Origin: Pseudomonadota bacterium
Lineage (GTDB): Bacteria; Desulfobacterota; Desulfobacteria; Desulfobacterales; JBDRRP01
DNA length: 40,641 nt
Reading direction: 5' to 3'
Assembly (NCBI GenBank): GCA_043825735.1
Contig: JBDRRP010000072.1
Span: forward strand, 1 to 40,641
Made by a program: the position numbers and the translations under genes
Shown: positions 1 through 8,260 of the stretch, piece after piece
Layout of the letters: every line of letters starts with the position of its first letter
How positions within the stretch are numbered: position 1 is the stretch's first letter
The notes under the pieces: model-generated
Database searches by the model: none
What the model saw: only the letters and a program-made list of their open reading frames with translations
Told to the model about the DNA's origin: nothing

Positions 1-12
1 AAAAGAACCATA

Positions 13-40
13 AACCACGAAACACACGAAACACACGAAA
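13..40 (+). repeat. Solo left arm of 9-bp periodic element (CACGAA core x3)
   Basis: aaccacgaaacacacgaaacacacgaaa; CACGAA at 16, 25, 34; same family as 14314-14393; no inverted partner downstream. Confidence 0.7.
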
Positions 41-177
41 GAAAAATGGATAAACGATAACGGGCTGATCTACCCTAAAAAGCGTGCACCGGGCGGCGCC
101 ATGGCAACGGTGCCGCGCCTTTAATTCGTAGATAATTGCGATTATTTTTTTACCATTTTTCCTGTGAATAGAAATTT

Positions 178-1746
178 ATGACGGCAGATCGCATCAACAC
201 CAAAATTCTCGTCACCGGCGCCACCGGCTATGTGGGCGGGCGGCTGGTGCCGTTGCTGGCGGCGCAGGGCTACCGGGTGCGCGCCATGGGGCGATCGCTG
301 GACAAGCTCAACTGCCGGCCGTGGGCCCGCCACCCGAATGTGGAAACCGTCCAGGGCGATGTGCTGGATCTTGGCGCTTTTGCCAAGGCGGTTGATGGCT
401 GCGAAGCGGCGTTCTATCTGGTCCATTCCATGATCGCCAGCGACAAGGGCTTTGCCGACGACGATCGCACCGGTGCGTTGAACATGGCCGCCGCGGCCGC
501 CGCCTGCGGCCTCAAGCGCATCATTTACCTGGGCGGTCTCGGCGACAGGGACCACGAGGCGTTGAGCCCTCACCTGCGGTCCCGGCACGAGGTGGAGAAA
601 ATCCTCGCCGCCGGGCCTGTGCCGGTGACCAATCTGCGAGCGGCCATGATTCTGGGCTCCGGCAGCGCCAGTTTCGAGATGCTGCGCTACCTGGTGGAAC
701 GGCTCCCGGTGATGACGCCGCCGCGATGGGTCAAGACACCCTGCCAGCCCATCGCCATCGGCGACGTTTTGGCTTACCTCATCGGCTGTCTGGAAAACGA
801 AACGACCGCGGGCGGCACCTTCGATATCGGCGGCCCGGACGTGGTGAACTACCGGGATCTCATCCGGATCTATGCCGAGGAGGCGGGGCTGCCAAGACGC
901 CTGGTGATCACCGTGCCGGTGCTCACCCCTTACCTCAGCGCCAAGTGGGTCCATCTGGTCACCCCGGTACCGGCGTCCATCGCCCAGCCACTGGCCGAAG
1001 GGCTGGCCGTTCCAGTGGTCTGCCGGGACACCCGCATTCTTAATCTGGTGCCCATCGGCCGCACCTCCGTTCGCGAGGCCATGCGAACGGCCCTGGACAA
1101 GATCCTCACCCACCAGGTGGACACCTGCTGGTTCGATGCCGGCCAGATGCACCCGCCGGAGTGGTCGGCTTGCGGGGATGCCAATTGGGCCGGCGGGACC
1201 CTGATGAGTTGCGGTTACCGGGCCCGAATCCGCGCAACGCCGGCCGAAGTCTGGGAACCGGTTACGCGAATCGGCGGCAAAACCGGCTGGTACGCGTTCA
1301 CTGCGCTCTGGTGGCTTCGGGGGTTTGTGGACCGGCTGATGGGCGGGTATGGACTGCGCCGGGGCCGCCGCCACCCGCGGGATCTCTGGGTGGGCGACGC
1401 CCTCGACTTCTGGCGGGTGCTGGCGGTGGTGCCGGAAGAAAAGCTGGTGCTGCTGGCGGAGATGAAAACGCCCGGCGAGGCCACACTGGCATTTGAAATC
1501 ACGCCGTTTGCCGACGGCACCACCGAACTGCTGCTGCGATCACGGTTCCTGCCAAAAGGCCTGGCCGGCATTCTCTACTGGTACATCCTCTATCCCTTTC
1601 ACGAGATGATCTTCTTTGGCATGGCCCGGAACATGGCGCGGTCCATCGGTGCTGAAATCTTAGAGGGGCCGGAGCGGTTCACGCCGAGGATCGCCGAAAG
1701 TTGCGCCTTGCCGGGTGCATTGACGAAAAACCATCATCAGGATTGA
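178..1746 (+). CDS. Atypical SDR / NAD(P)-binding oxidoreductase with C-terminal DUF2867 (YbjT-like)
   Basis: Rossmann motif VTGATGYVGG; LRAAMILGSGSASFE; C-terminal GDALDFWRV...LLAEMKTPGEATLAF. Confidence 0.9.
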   Translation: MTADRINTKILVTGATGYVGGRLVPLLAAQGYRVRAMGRSLDKLNCRPWARHPNVETVQGDVLDLGAFAKAVDGCEAAFYLVHSMIASDKGFADDDRTGALNMAAAAAACGLKRIIYLGGLGDRDHEALSPHLRSRHEVEKILAAGPVPVTNLRAAMILGSGSASFEMLRYLVERLPVMTPPRWVKTPCQPIAIGDVLAYLIGCLENETTAGGTFDIGGPDVVNYRDLIRIYAEEAGLPRRLVITVPVLTPYLSAKWVHLVTPVPASIAQPLAEGLAVPVVCRDTRILNLVPIGRTSVREAMRTALDKILTHQVDTCWFDAGQMHPPEWSACGDANWAGGTLMSCGYRARIRATPAEVWEPVTRIGGKTGWYAFTALWWLRGFVDRLMGGYGLRRGRRHPRDLWVGDALDFWRVLAVVPEEKLVLLAEMKTPGEATLAFEITPFADGTTELLLRSRFLPKGLAGILYWYILYPFHEMIFFGMARNMARSIGAEILEGPERFTPRIAESCALPGALTKNHHQD

Positions 1747-1825
1747 TCCCGCGATGGCGTCGTGAAGCACCCCCTCATTTTACCTTGAATAATATCTCGT
1801 TGCGTCGACGCGTCGTTGCGTGAGA
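1746..1825. repeat. Periodic inverted-arm element, CGTTGCG family (degenerate left arm)
   Basis: Right arm cgttgcgtcgacgcgtcgttgcgtgaga (1798-1825) nearly identical to 16596-16623; left arm atcccgcgatggcgtcg; lies between convergent genes. Confidence 0.6.
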
Positions 1826-1869
1826 TTGTTTTTATTACATGGACCGCGCAGTGAAGGGGACGTGATCGG

Positions 1870-2313
1870 CTATCGGGGGAGGTGCTCCGGGGCAGTGGCG
1901 AAGGGACTGACGACCGTCACAGCTCCGATGGTCTGCTCCGGTTGAAGGTCTTCGGTCAGCAGATATATGCAATCGGATGCCTGTGCTGCTGAGACAATCA
2001 ACGCATCCCACCAGGATATCGCATAGCGATCCTGGATGGCCCAGGCGCCCTCGATGACGGTGGTGTCAACCGGAAGAGGATTCCAAGTTATGAGGGATCG
2101 AACGTCCGTGCGCGCAATGTCTGCCGTCAGGCCGGGTTTAAGTTTTTGAGTGACGGTAATGTAGTATTCCTGTAATACTTGATAACTCAGGCGGCCGTTT
2201 TGATCCTGCCACAGTCGTGTCATCCACGCCATGGCCCGCTTTTGCTTATCGGGCTCCGAAGCGTCTCGGCTGTAAACGAGGACGTTGGTATCGACAAATA
2301 CGCTATCGCTCAT
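1870..2313 (-). CDS. vapC: PIN-domain (VapC-like) toxin
   Basis: MSDSVFVDTNVLVY...ISWWDALIVSAA...LLTEDLQ PIN motifs; start overlaps the end of the upstream small ORF. Confidence 0.9.
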   Translation of the reverse strand: MSDSVFVDTNVLVYSRDASEPDKQKRAMAWMTRLWQDQNGRLSYQVLQEYYITVTQKLKPGLTADIARTDVRSLITWNPLPVDTTVIEGAWAIQDRYAISWWDALIVSAAQASDCIYLLTEDLQPEQTIGAVTVVSPFATAPEHLPR

Positions 2314-2533
2314 GGAGCGCATCCCTGGAAGGGTAGACCACGCCGGGGTCTTTGATCATCATGGGGGGTTGGGAAATGAATCGCTTCATTGCCGCCCGAT
2401 ATTCTTTTTCAGCAAGCATTTCCCGTTTCAGCATTTGGCCCACCATTCGCGAGAGGCTCAGGTCATTTTTGGCGGCCTGAATTCTCGCCCACTGGGCGAC
2501 CTCGGGCTCAAGTGTGATGGTGATGTTTTTCAT
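2303..2533 (-). CDS. Ribbon-helix-helix (CopG-like) antitoxin, 76 aa
   Basis: MKNITITLEPEVAQWARIQAAKNDLSLSRMVGQML, C-terminal SRDALHER; overlaps the PIN gene. Confidence 0.85.
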   Translation of the reverse strand: MKNITITLEPEVAQWARIQAAKNDLSLSRMVGQMLKREMLAEKEYRAAMKRFISQPPMMIKDPGVVYPSRDALHER

Positions 2534-2568
2534 GACAAGAATATAGTGTGACACGATTTTCGTGTCAA
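2534..2568 (-). promoter_or_regulatory. Sigma70 promoter with overlapping palindromic operator for the TA operon
   Basis: Minus strand TTGACA-N17-TATATT-N6-ATG; inverted repeat TGACACGA-ttt-TCGTGTCA at 2549-2567. Confidence 0.8.
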
Positions 2569-2597
2569 GTTTGAGCTGGGAAAAAGGAGGTTTTTCA

Positions 2598-3215
2598 ATG
2601 AACGGATATGGACGCAACCGTGGCACTGTCTCATCGATCATTCTCTCTGTACTGTTTATCCTTGCGGCGGGCTGCGCCACCAACACCGGCCAGCAGGCCG
2701 GAAAAACAGCCGGCATCGGGGCTATTGCCGGCGCTGCCGGCGGCGCGCTGAGCGCGGCCATATTCGGCGGCAATGTGGGCGAAGCCATGGCCCGGGGCGC
2801 CGCGTGGGGCGCCGGCAGCGGTGCCGTCGGCGGCGCCATCGCCGGCTCCCAGATGGACGAGGCCGCGGCCAGCACGCCGGAAGCCAAGGCCGCGAAGCTG
2901 AAAAAGGACATCGGCGACGACGCCTTCAACGGGCTGACCGCGATCGTCGATTGCGATTATACGGCGGCCCTTGCCGATGCTGAAAAGGCCAAAGCCTCCA
3001 GCAACAACGAATACGCCGTGGCAGGCCTGTGGGTGGAGGCCCTGGTCTACTTCGACAGTCGTGAAGAGGCCAAGGCCCGTGCATTGTATCCGGAGATTTT
3101 TAAACAGGACAAGCATGTCTCCACGGAGAAGCAGGCCGAGGAGCACATCCGAAAGGGTCTCGATCAGATCATGCAGACCCGGGAGAAGCGCAACAAGCCT
3201 AGGATATGCCAATAG
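2598..3215 (+). CDS. Glycine-zipper lipoprotein with helical C-terminal domain
   Basis: AGGAGG RBS; lipobox LAAGC; GAIAGAAGGA...GAAWGAGSGAVGGAIAG glycine zipper. Confidence 0.75.
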   Translation: MNGYGRNRGTVSSIILSVLFILAAGCATNTGQQAGKTAGIGAIAGAAGGALSAAIFGGNVGEAMARGAAWGAGSGAVGGAIAGSQMDEAAASTPEAKAAKLKKDIGDDAFNGLTAIVDCDYTAALADAEKAKASSNNEYAVAGLWVEALVYFDSREEAKARALYPEIFKQDKHVSTEKQAEEHIRKGLDQIMQTREKRNKPRICQ

Positions 3216-3287
3216 GCCGCGATTTGCTGGTAAGCTGAGACTTGAACAACCTAATCCTTCGTAGATGGGAACATTGAGGCATTGAAA

Positions 3288-3458
3288 AGGGTTCAAGGCG
3301 TCGAGGGTTCGAGGGTTCAAGTGAACTGCAAAAGCAAAAAACTAAGTGCATAGGCGTTTGCGGCTTTTAGACTGAGGAGCCTCTGCATCCCCCTTCGGCA
3401 CTGAAGTTTTGTTGTTGGTTTTCACTTGGCCCCTAGAACCCTTGACCCCTTGGACCCT
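3288..3458. repeat. 8-bp periodic inverted-arm element (GGTTCRAG family)
   Basis: Left agggttcaaggcgtcgagggttcgagggttcaagtgaa (3288-3325); right ttcacttggcccctagaacccttgaccccttggaccct (3421-3458); ~95-nt spacer. Confidence 0.8.
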
Positions 3459-3462
3459 GTTT

Positions 3463-4422
3463 TTAGAAATCCCACATCACCGGGTTGTCATCCAGGTGGT
3501 CGGTGACGCTGCGGCCGATGGCGTCCATTTCTGAAAGATCTTCCACTGAAAGAACGACATCACCGGCGGCGGCGTTCTGCCTGACCTGGTCGGCGCTACG
3601 GGCGCCGGCGATGGCGCAGGTGTTTTCGTGGGCGACGACCCAGGCCAGGGCGAGCTGGCCCAGGCTCACACCGTTTCGCTCGGCGATGGGGCGCAGTCTG
3701 GTCAGTGCGGCCTGGACCCACGACCACATTTCTGGCTGAAAGAGGCGACTGCCGGCACGGTGGTCGCCCTTGTCGAAAGTGTGGTCCGGGCCGAATTTTC
3801 CCGTGAGAATGCCCTGGGCCATGGATGAGTAGGCCAGAATGGTGATGTCGTTTTCCCGGCAGAAGGCCACGGCATCCTTTTCCACGTGGCGCCAGAAGAG
3901 CGAATAGGGCGGCTGCAAACTGTCGATGCGGCCGTATTTCATGGCTTCGGCGATCTGATCACCGGAAAAATTGCTCACTCCGATGGCCCGGATCTTTCCC
4001 TGTTGTTTTAGATCGTTCAGTGCCCGCATGGTCTCCTCAACAGGCACCATTTTGCTGCCGAAGGCCCCGGCAGGCCAGTGGATTTGGTACAGATCGATCC
4101 AGTCGGTACCCAAATCTTTGAGAGACTGCTCACAGGAGGCGATCACCTGGTCGTAGGCCAACCGGTTGGCAAAAACCTTGGTGGCATAGACGACCTTGCT
4201 GCGGACCTCTCCCAGCGCGGATGCAATGATGCGTTCGCTGTGCCCGTTGCCATAGACCGTGGCCGTGTCGATGGTGGTGATGCCGGCATCCACGGCGGCC
4301 CTGAGCGCACGGATGGTATCGTTGTCGTCGATGCCGGTCCACATGGTCTTGCCGGCCTGCCACGTGCCCATGATGATCGGGGTGATCTGGATATCTGTTT
4401 TTCCCAGGGGGATCGTGTCCAT
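3463..4422 (-). CDS. Aldo/keto reductase
   Basis: IDTATVYGNGHSE, IDLYQIHWP, GKIRAIGVSNFS, LAYSSMAQGILTGK. Confidence 0.95.
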   Translation of the reverse strand: MDTIPLGKTDIQITPIIMGTWQAGKTMWTGIDDNDTIRALRAAVDAGITTIDTATVYGNGHSERIIASALGEVRSKVVYATKVFANRLAYDQVIASCEQSLKDLGTDWIDLYQIHWPAGAFGSKMVPVEETMRALNDLKQQGKIRAIGVSNFSGDQIAEAMKYGRIDSLQPPYSLFWRHVEKDAVAFCRENDITILAYSSMAQGILTGKFGPDHTFDKGDHRAGSRLFQPEMWSWVQAALTRLRPIAERNGVSLGQLALAWVVAHENTCAIAGARSADQVRQNAAAGDVVLSVEDLSEMDAIGRSVTDHLDDNPVMWDF

Positions 4423-4600
4423 GATTTTCTCCTATTCGGTTATGCGGAATGTTTCAGTTGGTCTCTTCCCGCAGTGATATTGAGCCATGGAGAGTTTATA
4501 ATGCCGATACAGCAAAATTCAACCGAAGTGTTTTCACCCGCAGCCCTGGAGGCGGCTCCCCGCGGCGGTGTCCCCACACCATTTTATCCTGCACTTTTAA

Positions 4601-4629
4601 TTGACTTGTGCTGTGGCTGCCGGTAACCT
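4601..4629 (+). promoter_or_regulatory. Putative sigma70 promoter of the octaheme cytochrome gene
   Basis: TTGACT-N17-TAACCT about 50 nt upstream of the start. Confidence 0.5.
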
Positions 4630-4680
4630 TGCACTACGATCGCCAATACGTTGCGTGTTTGCTGAATCCCTTCTTTCCAA

Positions 4681-6192
4681 ATGCCGGAGCCCGCCGTGAA
4701 AAAAATTTTATCTTATGTCATGTTGGCCGCCGTCACCTGGATCGCCGCAATGCCTGTTTACGGCGCTGCCCCCGTCAGTGATGCCACCCAGGAGTGCCTG
4801 GACTGTCATGCCACCTTCCACCCCGGGATCGTTGCCGATTGGCGCGCCAGCCGTCATGCCCAAATGACGGTCCAGGAAGCCATCATTGTCGAGGATGTCG
4901 CTCGGAAAGTCTCTGCCACCGACATCCCCGCACCGCTGCTCAATGTGGCCGTGGGTTGCGCCGAATGCCACACGCTCAGAAACGAAAAGCACGCCGACGC
5001 TTTTGAGCACAACGGCGCGGACATTCACGTGGTAGTGAGTCCTGATGACTGTGCCACCTGCCATGCGGACGAGCGTCAGCAGTACTCGAAAAACCTCATG
5101 GCCCATGCTCACAGCAACTTGGTGGACAACGATTTGTACCGTGATCTTCAGCGCAACATTTCCGGACCCGCCGAAGTGAAAGACGGCGCCCTGGTCTTCG
5201 GCACGCCGTCCACCGCCACCCAGGAAGACTCCTGCCTGTATTGCCACGGCACCCGACTGGCAGTGACCGGGCGCGAAATCCGGGACACCGACGCCGGAGA
5301 GTTGGCGTTTCCTGTCATTAGCGGGTGGCCCAATCAAGGGGTGGGCCGGGTGAATCTTGACGGCAGCCTCGGGTCATGCTCGGCTTGCCACACGCGCCAC
5401 GGGTTCAGTATCGAAGTCGCCAGAAAGCCTCATACCTGCAAGGAGTGCCATGTCGGGCCGGATGTGCCTGCCGTGAAAGTCTACGAGGCCAGCAAGCACG
5501 GCAACATTTTTTCTTCGCTTAACCAGGACTGGGACTTCAAGACGGTCCCCTGGGTGGTGGGCAAGCACTTCACCGCGCCCACCTGCGCCGCCTGCCACGT
5601 GAGCCTGCTCACCAATACCGACGGGTTGGTGGTGGCCCAGCGCACGCATCAGATGACCGATCGACTGGCCGACCGCCTTTTCGGGCTGGTCTATGCTCAC
5701 CCGCAGCCGAAAAGCCCGGAAACCCAGATTATCCGAAGTCCCTCCGGACTGTCCCTGCCCACCGATCTGGACGGTACCCCGGCCAGCGCATTTCTCATCG
5801 ACACCGACGAGCAGGGCCGGCGCCGCGATGTTATCAAGGGCGTCTGCGTGAGCTGCCACGACCGGTCCTGGGTAAGGGGGCATTTCGAGCGGCTCGATCA
5901 CGTGATCGGCGAAACCAACGCCACCGTGAAAGTCGCCACCGGCATCATCTCCAAGGCCTGGACGGACGGTATCGTGAGCGGCCCGCCTCAGAAAAAGAGT
6001 CCCTTCGATGAGGCACTGGAGCGCACCTGGATGGACGGCTGGCTGTTTTACGCCAATACGGTGCGTTTTTCCGCGGCCATGGGCGGCGGCGGCGACTACA
6101 GTACTTTTGCCGACGGCCGCTACCAGCTCACCCGCAGCCTGCTGCAGCTCCACCAGGGATATCAGCAGGGAATGGCAGCCATAAAGAAATGA
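4681..6192 (+). CDS. Periplasmic octaheme cytochrome c, hydroxylamine oxidoreductase (HAO/OCC) family
   Basis: Signal peptide; eight CxxCH motifs (CLDCH, CAECH, CATCH, CLYCH, CSACH, CKECH, CAACH, CVSCH); WPNQGVGRVNLDGSLGSCSACHTRH and YEASKHG signatures. Confidence 0.9.
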   Translation: MPEPAVKKILSYVMLAAVTWIAAMPVYGAAPVSDATQECLDCHATFHPGIVADWRASRHAQMTVQEAIIVEDVARKVSATDIPAPLLNVAVGCAECHTLRNEKHADAFEHNGADIHVVVSPDDCATCHADERQQYSKNLMAHAHSNLVDNDLYRDLQRNISGPAEVKDGALVFGTPSTATQEDSCLYCHGTRLAVTGREIRDTDAGELAFPVISGWPNQGVGRVNLDGSLGSCSACHTRHGFSIEVARKPHTCKECHVGPDVPAVKVYEASKHGNIFSSLNQDWDFKTVPWVVGKHFTAPTCAACHVSLLTNTDGLVVAQRTHQMTDRLADRLFGLVYAHPQPKSPETQIIRSPSGLSLPTDLDGTPASAFLIDTDEQGRRRDVIKGVCVSCHDRSWVRGHFERLDHVIGETNATVKVATGIISKAWTDGIVSGPPQKKSPFDEALERTWMDGWLFYANTVRFSAAMGGGGDYSTFADGRYQLTRSLLQLHQGYQQGMAAIKK

Positions 6193-6245
6193 TGGTTGTT
6201 CAATTATAGAATGCCTTGAGCGGAAGGGCTGCAACCCAAAAACCC

Positions 6246-6335
6246 ATTCTCGCGCGGAGACGCAAAGACGCTGAGGAATTAGTAAGTTATCTCTGCGTCC
6301 TCTGTGGCGATTTCAGACTTTTACGGGACTGCCAA
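6246..6335. repeat. Chimeric 9-bp periodic inverted-arm element ending in a TIR half
   Basis: Left tctcgcgcggagacgcaaagacgctgag; reverse complement of 6277-6335 (ttggcagtcccgtaaaagtctgaaatcgccacagaggacgcagagataacttactaatt) matches 23191-23259. Confidence 0.75.
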
Positions 6336-6337
6336 TT

Positions 6338-6472
6338 TTGATGAATCCGTAGAAAAGCAATTTTCTCGCAAAGACGCCAAGCCCGCCAAGAAAAACTCCA
6401 TTAATATTAGTGTGTTGCCTTTGTGACCGTTGCGGCTTTGCGAGAGATTCGGACTTTTTACGGGAGCATCAA
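6338..6472. mobile_element. MITE-like element: outer TIRs enclosing 9-bp periodic inverted arms
   Basis: TIRs ttgatgaatccgtagaaaag / ctttttacgggagcatcaa; inner arms tctcgcaaagacgccaagcccgccaag / ctttgtgaccgttgcggctttgcgagaga. Confidence 0.7.
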
Positions 6473-6511
6473 TCTTTGGCCTTACACCTTTTTCCTTCAA
6501 CCCAATCAACC

Positions 6512-7879
6512 ATGTCTGTCGTGCCGCCAGGCCGCATTCAGGCCCTCAATGACCGCCCCCCCGCCAAGGGCCGCTACGTGCTCTATTGGATGCAGCAGTC
6601 CCAGCGTGTACCCATGAATCACGCCCTGGCCTTCGCCGTCGAGGCCGCCAACGAACGGCGCCTGCCGCTGTTGGTGGTGTTTGGCCTCACCGCCGACTAT
6701 CCCGAGGCCAACCGGCGCCACTATGCGTTCATGCTGGAAGGGCTCCAGGAAACCCAGCGCGCACTGACCGATCGAAAAATCCGCATGATCGTGCGCCGGG
6801 GAAGCCCGCCAGCGGTGGCGCTGGAAGCGGCCGCCGATGCTGCCGTCGTGATCTGCGATCGGGGGGCCATGCCGCACCAGAAGGCCTGGCGCCGGCAGGT
6901 GGCCGAGCGCTGTCCTTGCCGCGTCCTGCAGGTGGAAAGCGATGTGGTGGTGCCGCTGGCCGAGACCTCCCCCAAGGCTGAATACGCCGCCCGTACCATA
7001 CGCCCGCGGATCCACCGGCACCTGGAGCGCTGCCTTGAGGCATTCCGGATGCCGGCCGTCAAGGTGCCTTCCCTTACCATTGCAGACGATGGGCTTCGGG
7101 TCGATGACCTGGCTGCTGTATTGGATGCGCTTGGCGTGGATGGCGCCGTGCCGCCGGTTACCCGCTTCTTCAGCGGGGGGACAGCGCCGGCCATGGCCCG
7201 ACTCGACAGGTTTATCGAAAACCAGCTGACCACCTACCACACCGATCGCAACCCGCCGGAAAAGGACGTGGGCTCCCATCTCAGCCCCTATCTGCATTTC
7301 GGTCAGATCTCTCCCATCACGATGGCGCTCAGGGTCCAATCCGCCCAGGCCCCGCCCGAGGCGGCGGCGGCCTTCATCGAGGAGTTGGTCGTCCGGCGGG
7401 AACTGGCCTTCAATTTCGTCAACTACACAGCGGGATTTGACCGGTACGAATCCCTGCCGGAGTGGGCCCGCCGAACCCTGGCCGAGCACCGCAGCGATCC
7501 CCGGCCGCACGTCTATGACGCGGCCCGCCTGGAAGCCGCCGACACCCATGACCCTTACTGGAATGCTGCCATGGACGAGATGCGCATCACCGGCTACATG
7601 CACAACTACATGCGTATGTACTGGGGCAAAAAAGTTCTCGAATGGTCAGAGACCCCCGAAGCGGCGTTTGACACGCTGCTGAGGCTCAACAACCGATATT
7701 TTCTCGACGGACGCGATCCCAACGCCTATGCCGGCGTGGGCTGGATTTTCGGCATCCATGACCGCGCGTGGCCGGCTCGGGCCATATACGGCAAGGTGCG
7801 CTCCATGATGGCCAGCGGTCTGGAGCGCAAGTTCGATATCGGCAAGTATGTTGACCGCATTGCGGCGCTAAAAGCATAG
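6512..7879 (+). CDS. phr: Class II CPD (deoxyribodipyrimidine) photolyase
   Basis: YVLYWMQQSQR, SHLSPYLHFGQIS, FIEELVVRRELA, GYMHNYMRMYWGKK, LDGRDPNAYAGVGW. Confidence 0.92.
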   Translation: MSVVPPGRIQALNDRPPAKGRYVLYWMQQSQRVPMNHALAFAVEAANERRLPLLVVFGLTADYPEANRRHYAFMLEGLQETQRALTDRKIRMIVRRGSPPAVALEAAADAAVVICDRGAMPHQKAWRRQVAERCPCRVLQVESDVVVPLAETSPKAEYAARTIRPRIHRHLERCLEAFRMPAVKVPSLTIADDGLRVDDLAAVLDALGVDGAVPPVTRFFSGGTAPAMARLDRFIENQLTTYHTDRNPPEKDVGSHLSPYLHFGQISPITMALRVQSAQAPPEAAAAFIEELVVRRELAFNFVNYTAGFDRYESLPEWARRTLAEHRSDPRPHVYDAARLEAADTHDPYWNAAMDEMRITGYMHNYMRMYWGKKVLEWSETPEAAFDTLLRLNNRYFLDGRDPNAYAGVGWIFGIHDRAWPARAIYGKVRSMMASGLERKFDIGKYVDRIAALKA

Positions 7880-7917
7880 CTGTTCCAGCCGGGTTTTCCT
7901 TCCTTTTACTTCACAGT

Positions 7918-8044
7918 CACGGACGAACACGGACTGACACGGACTGACACGGACTGACACGGACTGACACGGACTGACACGGACTGACACGGACTGACAC
8001 GGACTGACACGGACTGACACGGACTGACACGGACTGACACGGAC
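7918..8044 (+). repeat. 10-bp tandem repeat (GGACTGACAC)x11 with degenerate flanking units
   Basis: Eleven perfect copies at 7931-8040; variant ggacgaacac at 7921. Confidence 0.98.
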
Positions 8045-8260
8045 GTGCATGGACATGTTTCCGGCCCGCTGCCCTCAGGTCGCTGTTTTTGGGCGTGAAC
8101 GTTTGAACGGTCGTTGCTGCCGTGCCAAGCCCCGTAATGATAGGTAATCCCTGTTATAAATCACATATCTTTACCCTATTCCGGCCGGTTGCCAGGTAGT
8201 TGATTCGTTGACATGTTTAGACCACGAAAATCAATGTGGACCGCGACGGAGGGCAAAACG

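Noticed and set aside
46..84. Remnant of a GxxExxY-like gene start (..NGLIYPKK) after the repeat arm
   Set aside because: Too short and interrupted to support
2534..2929. Long N-terminal extension of the antitoxin ORF (2303..2929)
   Set aside because: Antisense shadow of the lipoprotein gene; the promoter and RHH fold point to a start at 2533
7918..8056. CRISPR array, or the repeat-encoded ORF 7868..8056
   Set aside because: Pure 10-bp tandem repeat with no unique spacers and no cas genes; the ORF is a by-product of the repeat
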